Origin: an uncultured Candidatus Sumerlaeota bacterium
GTDB taxonomy: Bacteria > Sumerlaeota > Sumerlaeia > MWCT01 > JAUWMI01
Length of the DNA: 64,000 nt
Direction of reading: 5' to 3'
NCBI GenBank assembly: GCA_964454265.1
Contig: CAYVXD010000002.1
Span: 888-64,887 of the forward strand
Shown piece by piece: positions 47,107 to 55,296 of this stretch. The stretch's first letter is position 1; the number at the start of each line of letters is the position of its first letter. The position numbers were made by a program, and so were the translations under genes. A model generated the notes under the pieces. That model did not search any database and had not been told where the DNA came from. It saw only the letters and a list, made by a program, of their open reading frames with translations.

Positions 47107-48408
47107 GTGATGAGAGAAGGCATTGTTGATAGGGTAAAGAGAGAAAGAGAAACCTATTTCAAGGACAGATTTGGGTTAAAATCAAATCCCTTTATATTAT
47201 CTCCTTACGGTGATATCAAGAGACTTGCAAGAGTATTTGTGGATAGAAAAGAAGAAATTGAAAGGGCAGTTGTTACATGTTTAGAAGAGCCTCGGAATAT
47301 CCTTGTCTATGGCATGTTTGGAATTGGAAAATCTGCTTTCATTCTCAAATTACTTTATGAATTTGCTAAGGCAACATATATTCGTTCCCTCACATCGTAT
47401 GGCTATATAGGAGAGGCTACTCCTAAAGGCTTTGTTGCCCAAGCATTGTTGGGTTTGGCTACTTCTCTGACTGGAAATGGAAAAGCAGAGCAATACAAAA
47501 AGACGCTACTGGGTACCAGTAGAGTTAAAGAAATAGAAAAAGAAATAAGCGGAGAGATCGAAGGTGGAGTATTAGTGATGAAGGGGAAAGGTGGTGGAAA
47601 ACTTGCATTTACATCTGCAGAAATAATAGAGACAAATCTAGACCAGTTAAAACTACAAGCCATGTTTAAAGAACTCGTAAAAATATCAAAGCACAAAGCT
47701 GACCGGATAATAATTGCGATTGATGAAATGGATAAGCGAAGCGCTGCGAAAGTCCAGGAAATTATTGCGGAATGTAGAGGTTTACTGCACGAGTCCGTTT
47801 CGTTTATACTAACTACCTCCTTAAGAGCCATGATCTACAGAGCAGATGAACTTGGCAAGAAATTAGATGATATTTATTCCACTTTTTATGGTGCATTTGA
47901 TGAGAAAATCGAAATAAAGCCCTTCTCTTTAGCTGACTTATCTACATTTGAAGAATTGGTTGAGAAATCTTTAGGATCAGTAAGAATTTCCGGATTCGAA
48001 AAGGGAATAGTTCCATTCACTAACGACGGAATTGAATTCATAGCTAAACGGAGCCACGGAGTTCCCCGAGTGTTCAACCGAATATGTAGAGATGTACTTG
48101 ATACTGCTTGGCGTTTAAAGCTTGAACAGATCAATTCGGCGGCTGTTAAGTATTGCTTCAGGGTAAAAGGGAAAGAAATTTTAGAAAGTTTACCTAGAAA
48201 ACAACGAAAACTTATCGATTTAATAAATGAGCGAGGGGGAACACTAGAAAGAGTAGATGATAAGCTTGTTACAAAATATAAAGCAAAAAATAAACAGGCA
48301 GTTTACAGGCAACTTGGTTTTTTGGTACAGAACGATAAGATAATAAAAATAGAAACAGAAGAAGGCACAAATTATGAAGTGATACCCGAAATCAAGGAAG
48401 TAACATAG
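47107..48408 (+). CDS. AAA+ ATPase (Orc1/Cdc6- or ExeA-like P-loop) with C-terminal winged-helix-like domain
   Basis: 433-aa ORF with an N-terminal FGLKSNPF...FVDRKEEIE. Walker A is GMFGIGKS, Walker B is RIIIAIDEMD, and there is a sensor-like SFILTTS. The C-terminal ~80 aa (QRKLIDLINERGGTLERVDD...YRQLGFLVQNDKIIK) look wHTH-like. The probable start is the ATG at 47110. Confidence 0.8.
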   Translation: MMREGIVDRVKRERETYFKDRFGLKSNPFILSPYGDIKRLARVFVDRKEEIERAVVTCLEEPRNILVYGMFGIGKSAFILKLLYEFAKATYIRSLTSYGYIGEATPKGFVAQALLGLATSLTGNGKAEQYKKTLLGTSRVKEIEKEISGEIEGGVLVMKGKGGGKLAFTSAEIIETNLDQLKLQAMFKELVKISKHKADRIIIAIDEMDKRSAAKVQEIIAECRGLLHESVSFILTTSLRAMIYRADELGKKLDDIYSTFYGAFDEKIEIKPFSLADLSTFEELVEKSLGSVRISGFEKGIVPFTNDGIEFIAKRSHGVPRVFNRICRDVLDTAWRLKLEQINSAAVKYCFRVKGKEILESLPRKQRKLIDLINERGGTLERVDDKLVTKYKAKNKQAVYRQLGFLVQNDKIIKIETEEGTNYEVIPEIKEVT

Positions 48409-48486
48409 AGGGGGGGAGTGTATCATAAATAGAGATAGGCAAAAAGCAAGCAGCAAAAATTTTGCAAGATTTGGACGACCAACTGC

Positions 48487-48560
48487 ATCTAACACGGGCT
48501 TTGCGGCTTACTGCATTCTCTCAAATGCTTCGCACTTCGTAAAGCCCAAGAACGTTATAT
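48487..48560 (+). other. attC-like element A (74 nt)
   Basis: R''-like ATCTAAC, stem GGGCTTTGCG/CGTAAAGCCC, and R'-like GTTATAT. It is homologous in layout and partly in sequence to element B. Confidence 0.45.
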
Positions 48561-48576
48561 GAAATTGCTATGATAC

Positions 48577-49533
48577 ATGGGGGAAATTATGTTAGCTTTG
48601 TTTCTTGGAGCCGGCTTTTCTAAGTGGGCTGCAAATTTACCGGTGGCCAGTCAGTTCTTTGATTTTAACGTTGAACCTTCGGGGCCACGTGAGCTTAAAA
48701 AATTGGAGATTGTAAGGTCGTTAAAACATAATTGGGACAAATCACACCCGTATGGGCTTAGCGAACAATTCATTGTAGATGCATTGAAATTTGAGGAGAA
48801 AAAGAAAGAGGCGGTTCTTTGGTATATTGTTCGTAGGCTTTCGGAACCATTTATTTGGAAAGAATATCATGCACAGAAATGGCGCAGACATGTTTTGATG
48901 ATTGATGAAAATCGCAAATACGATAGACCAGGAGTCATTCAAGCACAAAAGTTTCTTAAGAAATATTCGACCCCATCTTTAGCTGGTATCATAACCACGA
49001 ATTATGATATCCTTGTTGAATATGCGCTTGGGACAAAGGGATTCAACTACGGTATCCCTAATCAAGCGCTTACAGGTCGAGGGCCGTATCCCGTTTCTCA
49101 GTGGAAAAATCCCGTTATACTAAAAGGCAATATCCCGATAGCGAAAATTCATGGTAGTATTTCATGGGATGAACATAATCAATATACAGATGGGAGGCAT
49201 GGTTTGACAGGTCATGCTTTGATTGTGGCACCAACGCCCGAGAAAGAATCATCAGAATCTTTGAGATTTGTTTGGAACTTGGCTAAAGAAATTCTCAGAA
49301 AAGCCACACGAATCATTGTTTTTGGGTTTGCATTTAACCCTTACGACACTTCCGTTCTGAATTTTCTAAAATCTGAAGGTAAGAACTTGGAGTCTGTTCT
49401 CTTGGTGAATATAGGATCCAACACTGAGGCGGCACGTATTCTGTGGCCACGCGCTAAAATTGTATCGACAATGCCGCCACCAGATGGGAATAAAGAGATG
49501 CAAAATTGGCAGAAGAAATGGCTAGGAATATGA
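48577..49533 (+). CDS. Stand-alone SIR2-like (SIR2_2/ThsA-type) domain protein, putative NADase effector
   Basis: 318-aa ORF with LFLGAGFS at the N-terminus, ITTNYD (catalytic Asn) and KIHGSISW (catalytic His). The probable start is the ATG at 48589 (GGGGGA lies 4 nt upstream). Confidence 0.8.
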   Translation: MGEIMLALFLGAGFSKWAANLPVASQFFDFNVEPSGPRELKKLEIVRSLKHNWDKSHPYGLSEQFIVDALKFEEKKKEAVLWYIVRRLSEPFIWKEYHAQKWRRHVLMIDENRKYDRPGVIQAQKFLKKYSTPSLAGIITTNYDILVEYALGTKGFNYGIPNQALTGRGPYPVSQWKNPVILKGNIPIAKIHGSISWDEHNQYTDGRHGLTGHALIVAPTPEKESSESLRFVWNLAKEILRKATRIIVFGFAFNPYDTSVLNFLKSEGKNLESVLLVNIGSNTEAARILWPRAKIVSTMPPPDGNKEMQNWQKKWLGI

Positions 49534-49543
49534 GCCCAATTTC

Positions 49544-49619
49544 ATCTAACAGCATGTTTACGGTTCGCTACGCTCACCCAAATGCTTTCGGCACTTCGCA
49601 AACACGCAGGACGTTAACC
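49544..49619 (+). other. attC-like element B (76 nt)
   Basis: R''-like ATCTAAC, stem GCATGTTTACG/CGCAAACACGC with 2 mismatches, and R'-like GTTAACC. The central caaatgctt..gcacttcg is shared with element A. Confidence 0.45.
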
Positions 49620-49818
49620 AAATTTGATATTGCCATTTTATGGGTTCGCAAAGCGTTTTAAGTGCGAGCATTTCCTGCCTTAAAATCCAGTAGCCGGGTA
49701 TGCCTTCCTGGTTTCATTAAGGGCCTTCTGCACCTGTTAATTGTGTTGAATTGCTGCGCCTATAATGACTATGGCTTGAAAGGTGATCCTTCCCCTTCAC
49801 TTTGTTCAGGGTCAGGAT

Positions 49819-49850
49819 GAGGGGTCGGGGGTAGAACTCCCCGACCCCTC
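49819..49850. repeat. GC-rich hairpin
   Basis: Reads GAGGGGTCGGGG-gtagaact-CCCCGACCCCTC (12-bp stem). Confidence 0.85.
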
Positions 49851-50067
49851 AATTATTTGCGTCAAGTGGCCAGTTAATCATTTGACATTTTCATATAGAT
49901 TGCCATGATGGTTGCGATTATCTGAATTGTTTACGATTCACGTTTTTGCAATAGAGCATTGGAAATCCCTCAAGCCAATCGCGTAAAGCCGCTTTTTCAG
50001 CGTGCGTTTATTAGATCGAGCAGGGATAGCCATAGGCTGAGAGTATCCTTGGTTTTAATGTGAATCC

Positions 50068-52083
50068 ATGGAAGAAAATGATCAGATAATTGCCCTGCAT
50101 GAGGCACGGGAAGGCACGGTTCCGGTATTACCTATTGCGCTTGGCTTTGCGCTTTCTGTAGTTTTGCTGCTCAACATCTACCTCAGTTCGCCCGATTCTG
50201 CCGCATACTACAGTGTGCCGCGTTCAATTCTAATTGATCACGATCTGGATTTTCAAAATGAGTATTTGTACTTCGAATTTCAACCCAATATGTTTTACCT
50301 CACAGGGCATCAACGCCTTTCGAATGATTGGCCGATTGGCGCAGGGCTGCTCTGGTTGCCTTTCTTTATACTCGCCCATCTTCTTGCGTTAGCCCTTTAC
50401 CTGCCCGGCATGCTCCCGAATGGTTATAGCACGGTTTACCAGCTGGTCGTGTCGCTGGGGATTGTGATATATGGATTATGCGGCCTTGTGCTGAGTTTCC
50501 GATTTGCACGCAGGTACGTTTCGGATCGCTCTGCATTATTCGCTGTAGGATTGGTAGTGTTTGGCTCGCCGCTGGGATTCTACCTTTACTATTACGACTT
50601 TATGTCACATGTGGTCTCGTTTTTTGCCATTTCGCTTTTTCTTTATCTCTGGGTGAGCACGTATCGCACGCGAACACTCCGGCAGTGGGGCACCCTCGGT
50701 CTGGTAGCGGGTTTGATGACGATGGTGCGGCCTCAGAACGTCTGTTTTCTTGTAGTCATTGTAGTCGAATATGTGATGGTGCTGCGCCGTGAGCTCCTGA
50801 GCAACAGCGCGGCGTTGAAGCACTACATAAAGGGGATCATGCTGCTGATTCTGGGCCTGGTAGTCGGTTTTCTGCCCCAGATGCTTTTCTGGCTTACCGT
50901 CTATGGGAGTCCAATTGCGTTTCCCAAGATGGAGGAAATGCACTGGTTCAGGCCCCGGGTGTGGGCCATGCTCTTTTCGCAATATCACGGACTGTTGGCG
51001 TGGTCACCAATCCTGATGCTAGTCTTGCCAGGACTGTATTTTATTTACAAGATGGAGAAGCCGGTTGGGGTGGCGCTCAGTCTCGCGCTGGTGATTCAGA
51101 TGTACCTGAACAGCGCGAATGAGGTCTGGTGGGCAGGGGGATCGTTTAGCAACCGGCGATTTGCTGACTATGCGTTTATTTTTGTTCCTGCGATTGCCCT
51201 TATGGTGCACAGAAGGCGAGGCCCGCTGCTGCCAATATTGTGCGTGGTTCTTGCCGCTTGGAACTGGCTCTTAGTAATTGCTGAGCGTGCTGGCGTGCTG
51301 ACATTGGATCATTTTGTTCCCTGGACAGGTGAATTCTGGCGCTCGCTGGTAGGATTGGCTATAGATCCGTTGCGCAGCTTTGGCGCAATGATCGGCAACT
51401 TCGGAGACGTCGCGATTCTCAGTCGCGTGCTTATTGGCATTGTTTTTGGAGCAGTAGTGTTCCTGGTCATTTATTTCTTTCAGAGACAAAAAAGGCACAA
51501 TCAATTGGCGAACATCGGCTCTGGATGTCTGATGGCCTATACCGTGCTTTTGGGCCTGAGCTTCATTGTTCTCATCCCCAATACCAGACCGATTGAGGCC
51601 GAGACCTTTTCCTATCAACTCTCTCGGACAAACCGCGTCCTGTGGAACAACTACTACGAGTACGGCTACTACTTGCTCATGAAACGCAAATACGACGAGT
51701 CAATCAGGGCATATGAAAAGGCTGTGACCTTGTGGCCGGAGCGTCCCTATGCCTACCGGTATCTTGGCACAAACTACTACCTGCTGGGACAGTATCGTCT
51801 GGCAGCTCAATATTGCCGTGAGGCGCTTGCTATTGACCCGGAATACCAGTCAGCAGCCCAATATTTGGCCGCGTGTTACAGGGCCATTCTAGCAGAAGAG
51901 CCGCAGAACCTGGCGCTGATGCTGGGGCTCGCGCGACTCTACAAACAGCTAGGCAACCTTGAACGATCAGAGATGCTATATCAGGAAGTATTAAGGCAGA
52001 ACCCGAACAATGCGACAGCACAGGAAGGAATTGCTGCAATCCGTACAAAGAAGAAAATCAGGCAATTCCCAGTCCAACCGTAG
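50068..52083 (+). CDS. Polytopic membrane protein (glycosyltransferase-39/PMT_2-like) with C-terminal TPR repeats
   Basis: 671-aa ORF with about 12 TM segments followed by TPRs (YDESIRAYEKAVTLWPERPYAYRYLGTNYYLLGQY...). Confidence 0.65.
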   Translation: MEENDQIIALHEAREGTVPVLPIALGFALSVVLLLNIYLSSPDSAAYYSVPRSILIDHDLDFQNEYLYFEFQPNMFYLTGHQRLSNDWPIGAGLLWLPFFILAHLLALALYLPGMLPNGYSTVYQLVVSLGIVIYGLCGLVLSFRFARRYVSDRSALFAVGLVVFGSPLGFYLYYYDFMSHVVSFFAISLFLYLWVSTYRTRTLRQWGTLGLVAGLMTMVRPQNVCFLVVIVVEYVMVLRRELLSNSAALKHYIKGIMLLILGLVVGFLPQMLFWLTVYGSPIAFPKMEEMHWFRPRVWAMLFSQYHGLLAWSPILMLVLPGLYFIYKMEKPVGVALSLALVIQMYLNSANEVWWAGGSFSNRRFADYAFIFVPAIALMVHRRRGPLLPILCVVLAAWNWLLVIAERAGVLTLDHFVPWTGEFWRSLVGLAIDPLRSFGAMIGNFGDVAILSRVLIGIVFGAVVFLVIYFFQRQKRHNQLANIGSGCLMAYTVLLGLSFIVLIPNTRPIEAETFSYQLSRTNRVLWNNYYEYGYYLLMKRKYDESIRAYEKAVTLWPERPYAYRYLGTNYYLLGQYRLAAQYCREALAIDPEYQSAAQYLAACYRAILAEEPQNLALMLGLARLYKQLGNLERSEMLYQEVLRQNPNNATAQEGIAAIRTKKKIRQFPVQP

Positions 52084-52385
52084 ATGCTCCAAGTTCAATA
52101 GAGGAAACAGGAGGGCGATTTACGTCTGGTTCTGTGCGACGCGATTGGAACCTTTGAAACTGTGTTGTGCTTCGAGCAGGCGAGCAGAATCATCTATTCG
52201 TATGCCAGATGTAAGTGTTTTGGGCATAACTTTAGCATGGTGGGTGCGTCCAAGTACTAACGAATTTTCTTGCAAGGCGTACGTGCAACACTGTAATGGT
52301 GCATCTGGCAATGCTGATTGTGTTCAATGTTCACGCAATCATTACGATTATCGAAAATGATGTACGCGGATGATGCATCCTTAAT

Positions 52386-52414
52386 TGTACGGGCAGGTTT
52401 GAAACCTGCCCTTA
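52386..52414. repeat. GC-rich hairpin repeat (GTACGGGCAGGTTT-g-AAACCTGCCCTTAC)
   Basis: Read directly. It is of the same family as 39229 and 44746, and it underlies the spurious ORF 52257..52658. Confidence 0.8.
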
Positions 52415-52465
52415 CGATCTTCTCGTTGTTGCGATAGAACGAAAATTTCGTAAGGAGGACACATA

Positions 52466-54961
52466 ATGAGGCGTTACAACGTAAACAACATGAGGTTGCG
52501 AGTCTTTTGTTGCGGAGTGTTATTGTCCATCGTTCTTGTATTCCTGGCTTGTTCTCATCTTTCAGTCCAGAGGAGCCGGCAAGATTCTCAGGCACGGTTT
52601 TTGCCGGGACGACTTGGCACGAATGAGGTGCTTTTGCCGAACCAATGGCGGTTGACACCGGCGGGTCGTCAGCTACCCCTTGGTGATCTTCCGCTCAATA
52701 TGTCCCTGAGTCCTGATGGGCGCTACCTGGCGGTAAATAATAACGGCTGGGGCGATCATCAGGTGATCATTGTTGACTCTCAGAAAGGAACGGTTCGGTC
52801 GCAGGTGACGATTCCCAAGTCGTGGTATGGCCTGACGTTTAGCCCGGACGGCAAATTTCTCTACGTGACCGGCGCTGCAGACAATCTTATTTATCGCTTT
52901 ACCTTTGATGAGGGTTTTCTTTCAGGCGAGCGAACAATTCCGGTTGGCGAGCCGAAACAGGCGATTTTCCCCAGCGGCATAGCGACGAATCGTACGGGCA
53001 CGAAGCTGTACGTTGCCAACAATCTGGGCCATAGCATGTCGGTGGTAGATCTGGAGCACGAACGGCTGGAGGCTACGATTCCTCTCGGGCCCGAAACGTA
53101 TCCCTACACGTGTTTGGTATCGCCCGATGATAAACGCATTTACGTAAGTTTGTGGGGTGCTGAAGCCGTGGTAGTGGTTGACGCGGCGGAACTTCGGGTG
53201 GACAGTATCATCAAGACAGATTCTCATCCGAACGACATGGTGCTGAATGAAGCGGGGACGCGGCTATACGTCGCCAACGCTAATATTAATACCGTATCGG
53301 TGATTGACACGCAACGGCTCAAGCGCATTGAGACAATCACGACAAGTCTTTATCCAGATGCACCGGAAGGGAGTACTCCGAATGGCGTGGCACTGAGCTC
53401 TGACGGTACAATGCTCTTCGTGGCGAATGCAGACAATAATGATGTGGCAGTAGTGGCAGTTTCCGACACCGGACCAAGCGAGGTGCGCGGCTTCATTCCA
53501 GTGGGCTGGTATCCAACAGCGGTCGAGGTTACCAAGGATGGAGCACGGCTGTTCGTGGCGAATGGCAAGGGCACAACGTCGTTTGCAAATCCACAAGGCC
53601 CCTCGCCATTTCTGCCGTCACGCAAAGAGACGCAGTATATTGGCAGGTTGCTCAAGGGATCGTTGTCAATCATTGATATGCCTGACGCATCGCAGCTGGC
53701 TCAATTCACAGCGCAGGTCTACGCGAACTGTCCGTATAAAAAGGGGAGTGTAGTGACGGCAAAACCTGAAGGACCAAATCCCATTCCGCATAGTGTTGGC
53801 GAACCTTCGCCAATAAAATACGTCGTCTACATTATTAAAGAGAATCGCACGTATGACCAGGTGTTTGGTGACATGCCGGAAGGTAATGGAGATCCCAATC
53901 TGTGCCTTTTTCCAGAGTGGAACACGCCGAATCATCATGCCCTGGCGCGCGAGTTCATCTTGTTTGACAATCTTTATGTTGATGCGGAGGTAAGCGCAGA
54001 CGGGCACAACTGGTCAACAGCAGCGTATGCGCCTGATTACATAGAGAAAATCTGGCCGCAGACCTATTCCGGGCGTGGCCGGACGTATGACTTTGAAGGC
54101 CACAAGAAGATTGCGCAGCCGGATGCAGGCTACATCTGGGATCTGTGTCAAAAAGCCTGGGTGACGTATCGCAGCTATGGAGAGTTCATCGAGAATGGCG
54201 CAACGCCGCAGGATCCGGGCCGGGCGCGAGTGGCTGCACTTGAAGGACACTTTGATCCTTTCTTCCGCAGCTATGATCTTCGCTATAAAGACGTAGATCG
54301 TGCAGAACAATTCCTGCGCGAGCTTCGCCAGTTTGAGGCCCAGGGCACCTTGCCGCAATTTATTATCATACGGCTTCCCAATGACCACACCGCTGGCACG
54401 CGACCAGGACGTCCGACACCGCGGGCCATGGTGGCGGACAATGACCTCGCTCTAGGGTTGGTCGTCGAGAAGCTGAGTCAAAGCCCCTTCTGGAAGGAGA
54501 TGGCCATCTTTGTGATTGAGGATGATGCGCAGAATGGATGTGACCACGTTGATGCGCATCGTTCTGTTGCGCTGGTGATTAGCCCATATGCAAAGCGCGG
54601 ATACGTGGACAGCACGTTTTACAGTACGACGAGCATGCTTCGCACCATGGAACTTATTCTTGGTTTGCCACCTCTGAGTCAGTACGACGCAGCCGCCACA
54701 CCGATGTATAACGTCTTTACCATGACACTAGATTACAGGCCGTACAGGCACCGGCCGGTCAGCGCCGTGGATCTTGATGCGACAAACCTGAAAACGGCGT
54801 GGGGTGCGAAAGAGTCAATGGAAATGAACCTCGACACAGAAGATTCGGCCAATGACATTGCCTTTAATGAGATTATATGGAAGGCAATTAAGGGAGCGAA
54901 CTCAGAGATGCCGCCGCCGGTTCGGTCGGCGTTTGTGAGTATTGCAGGAGCTATGCCGTAG
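52466..54961 (+). CDS. Fusion of a YncE/YVTN-type beta-propeller with a phosphoesterase (phospholipase C/acid phosphatase) family domain
   Basis: The N-terminal half has repeats such as LYVANNLGHSMSVVDL, LYVANANINTVSVID and LFVANADNNDVAVV. The C-terminal half has YVVYIIKENRTYDQVFGD and GCDHVDAHRS (PF04185-like). Confidence 0.85.
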   Translation: MRRYNVNNMRLRVFCCGVLLSIVLVFLACSHLSVQRSRQDSQARFLPGRLGTNEVLLPNQWRLTPAGRQLPLGDLPLNMSLSPDGRYLAVNNNGWGDHQVIIVDSQKGTVRSQVTIPKSWYGLTFSPDGKFLYVTGAADNLIYRFTFDEGFLSGERTIPVGEPKQAIFPSGIATNRTGTKLYVANNLGHSMSVVDLEHERLEATIPLGPETYPYTCLVSPDDKRIYVSLWGAEAVVVVDAAELRVDSIIKTDSHPNDMVLNEAGTRLYVANANINTVSVIDTQRLKRIETITTSLYPDAPEGSTPNGVALSSDGTMLFVANADNNDVAVVAVSDTGPSEVRGFIPVGWYPTAVEVTKDGARLFVANGKGTTSFANPQGPSPFLPSRKETQYIGRLLKGSLSIIDMPDASQLAQFTAQVYANCPYKKGSVVTAKPEGPNPIPHSVGEPSPIKYVVYIIKENRTYDQVFGDMPEGNGDPNLCLFPEWNTPNHHALAREFILFDNLYVDAEVSADGHNWSTAAYAPDYIEKIWPQTYSGRGRTYDFEGHKKIAQPDAGYIWDLCQKAWVTYRSYGEFIENGATPQDPGRARVAALEGHFDPFFRSYDLRYKDVDRAEQFLRELRQFEAQGTLPQFIIIRLPNDHTAGTRPGRPTPRAMVADNDLALGLVVEKLSQSPFWKEMAIFVIEDDAQNGCDHVDAHRSVALVISPYAKRGYVDSTFYSTTSMLRTMELILGLPPLSQYDAAATPMYNVFTMTLDYRPYRHRPVSAVDLDATNLKTAWGAKESMEMNLDTEDSANDIAFNEIIWKAIKGANSEMPPPVRSAFVSIAGAMP

Positions 54962-55096
54962 CAGAAAGATAGCTAAGTCGCGATAGAGGGCCCTTTAATA
55001 ATTAACGCAGACGAAGCATTAAAAAACACCGTCCTCGTCTTTCCTGAACCCAGGCTTTTTCGTCCTGTTTAGCACACCAAGCAGTCATGCTGCGTA

Positions 55097-55189
55097 CTAT
55101 TTTTTACGCTTATGACGAGTGCGCTTGCGCTGCTTTTTAATTTTGTGCTTGCGAATTTTCTTTCGTCGTTTCTTAACAACACTGCCCAT
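55097..55189 (-). CDS. 30-aa highly basic peptide resembling ribosomal protein bS22 / the AURKAIP1-COX24 family
   Basis: Too short for the ORF track. Manual translation gives MGSVVKKRRKKIRKHKIKKQRKRTRHKRKK*. Compare the MGSVIKKRRKRM-x-KKKHRKLL pattern of actinobacterial bS22. Confidence 0.55.
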   Translation of the reverse strand: MGSVVKKRRKKIRKHKIKKQRKRTRHKRKK

Positions 55190-55296
55190 AGAAATTTCTA
55201 TCCTTTGCTTTGCTAGCTGTATCTAGAGAAGAAAGATCATGCACACCTTTTCAGCTTGTCTTGTCAAGCAAAATTGCCGGCGGAGTTCTATTCAAC

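Larger units (their letters stand above)
46546..49653. mobile_element. tRNA-Pro-adjacent accessory island (integrase remnant plus two cassette-like genes)
   Basis: It starts at the tRNA 3' end. It contains a tyrosine-recombinase fragment, looks visibly AT-richer than its flanks, and is bounded by a CTTTGCGAA/TTCGCAAAG inverted pair with an adjacent TTTATGGG direct repeat. Confidence 0.55.
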
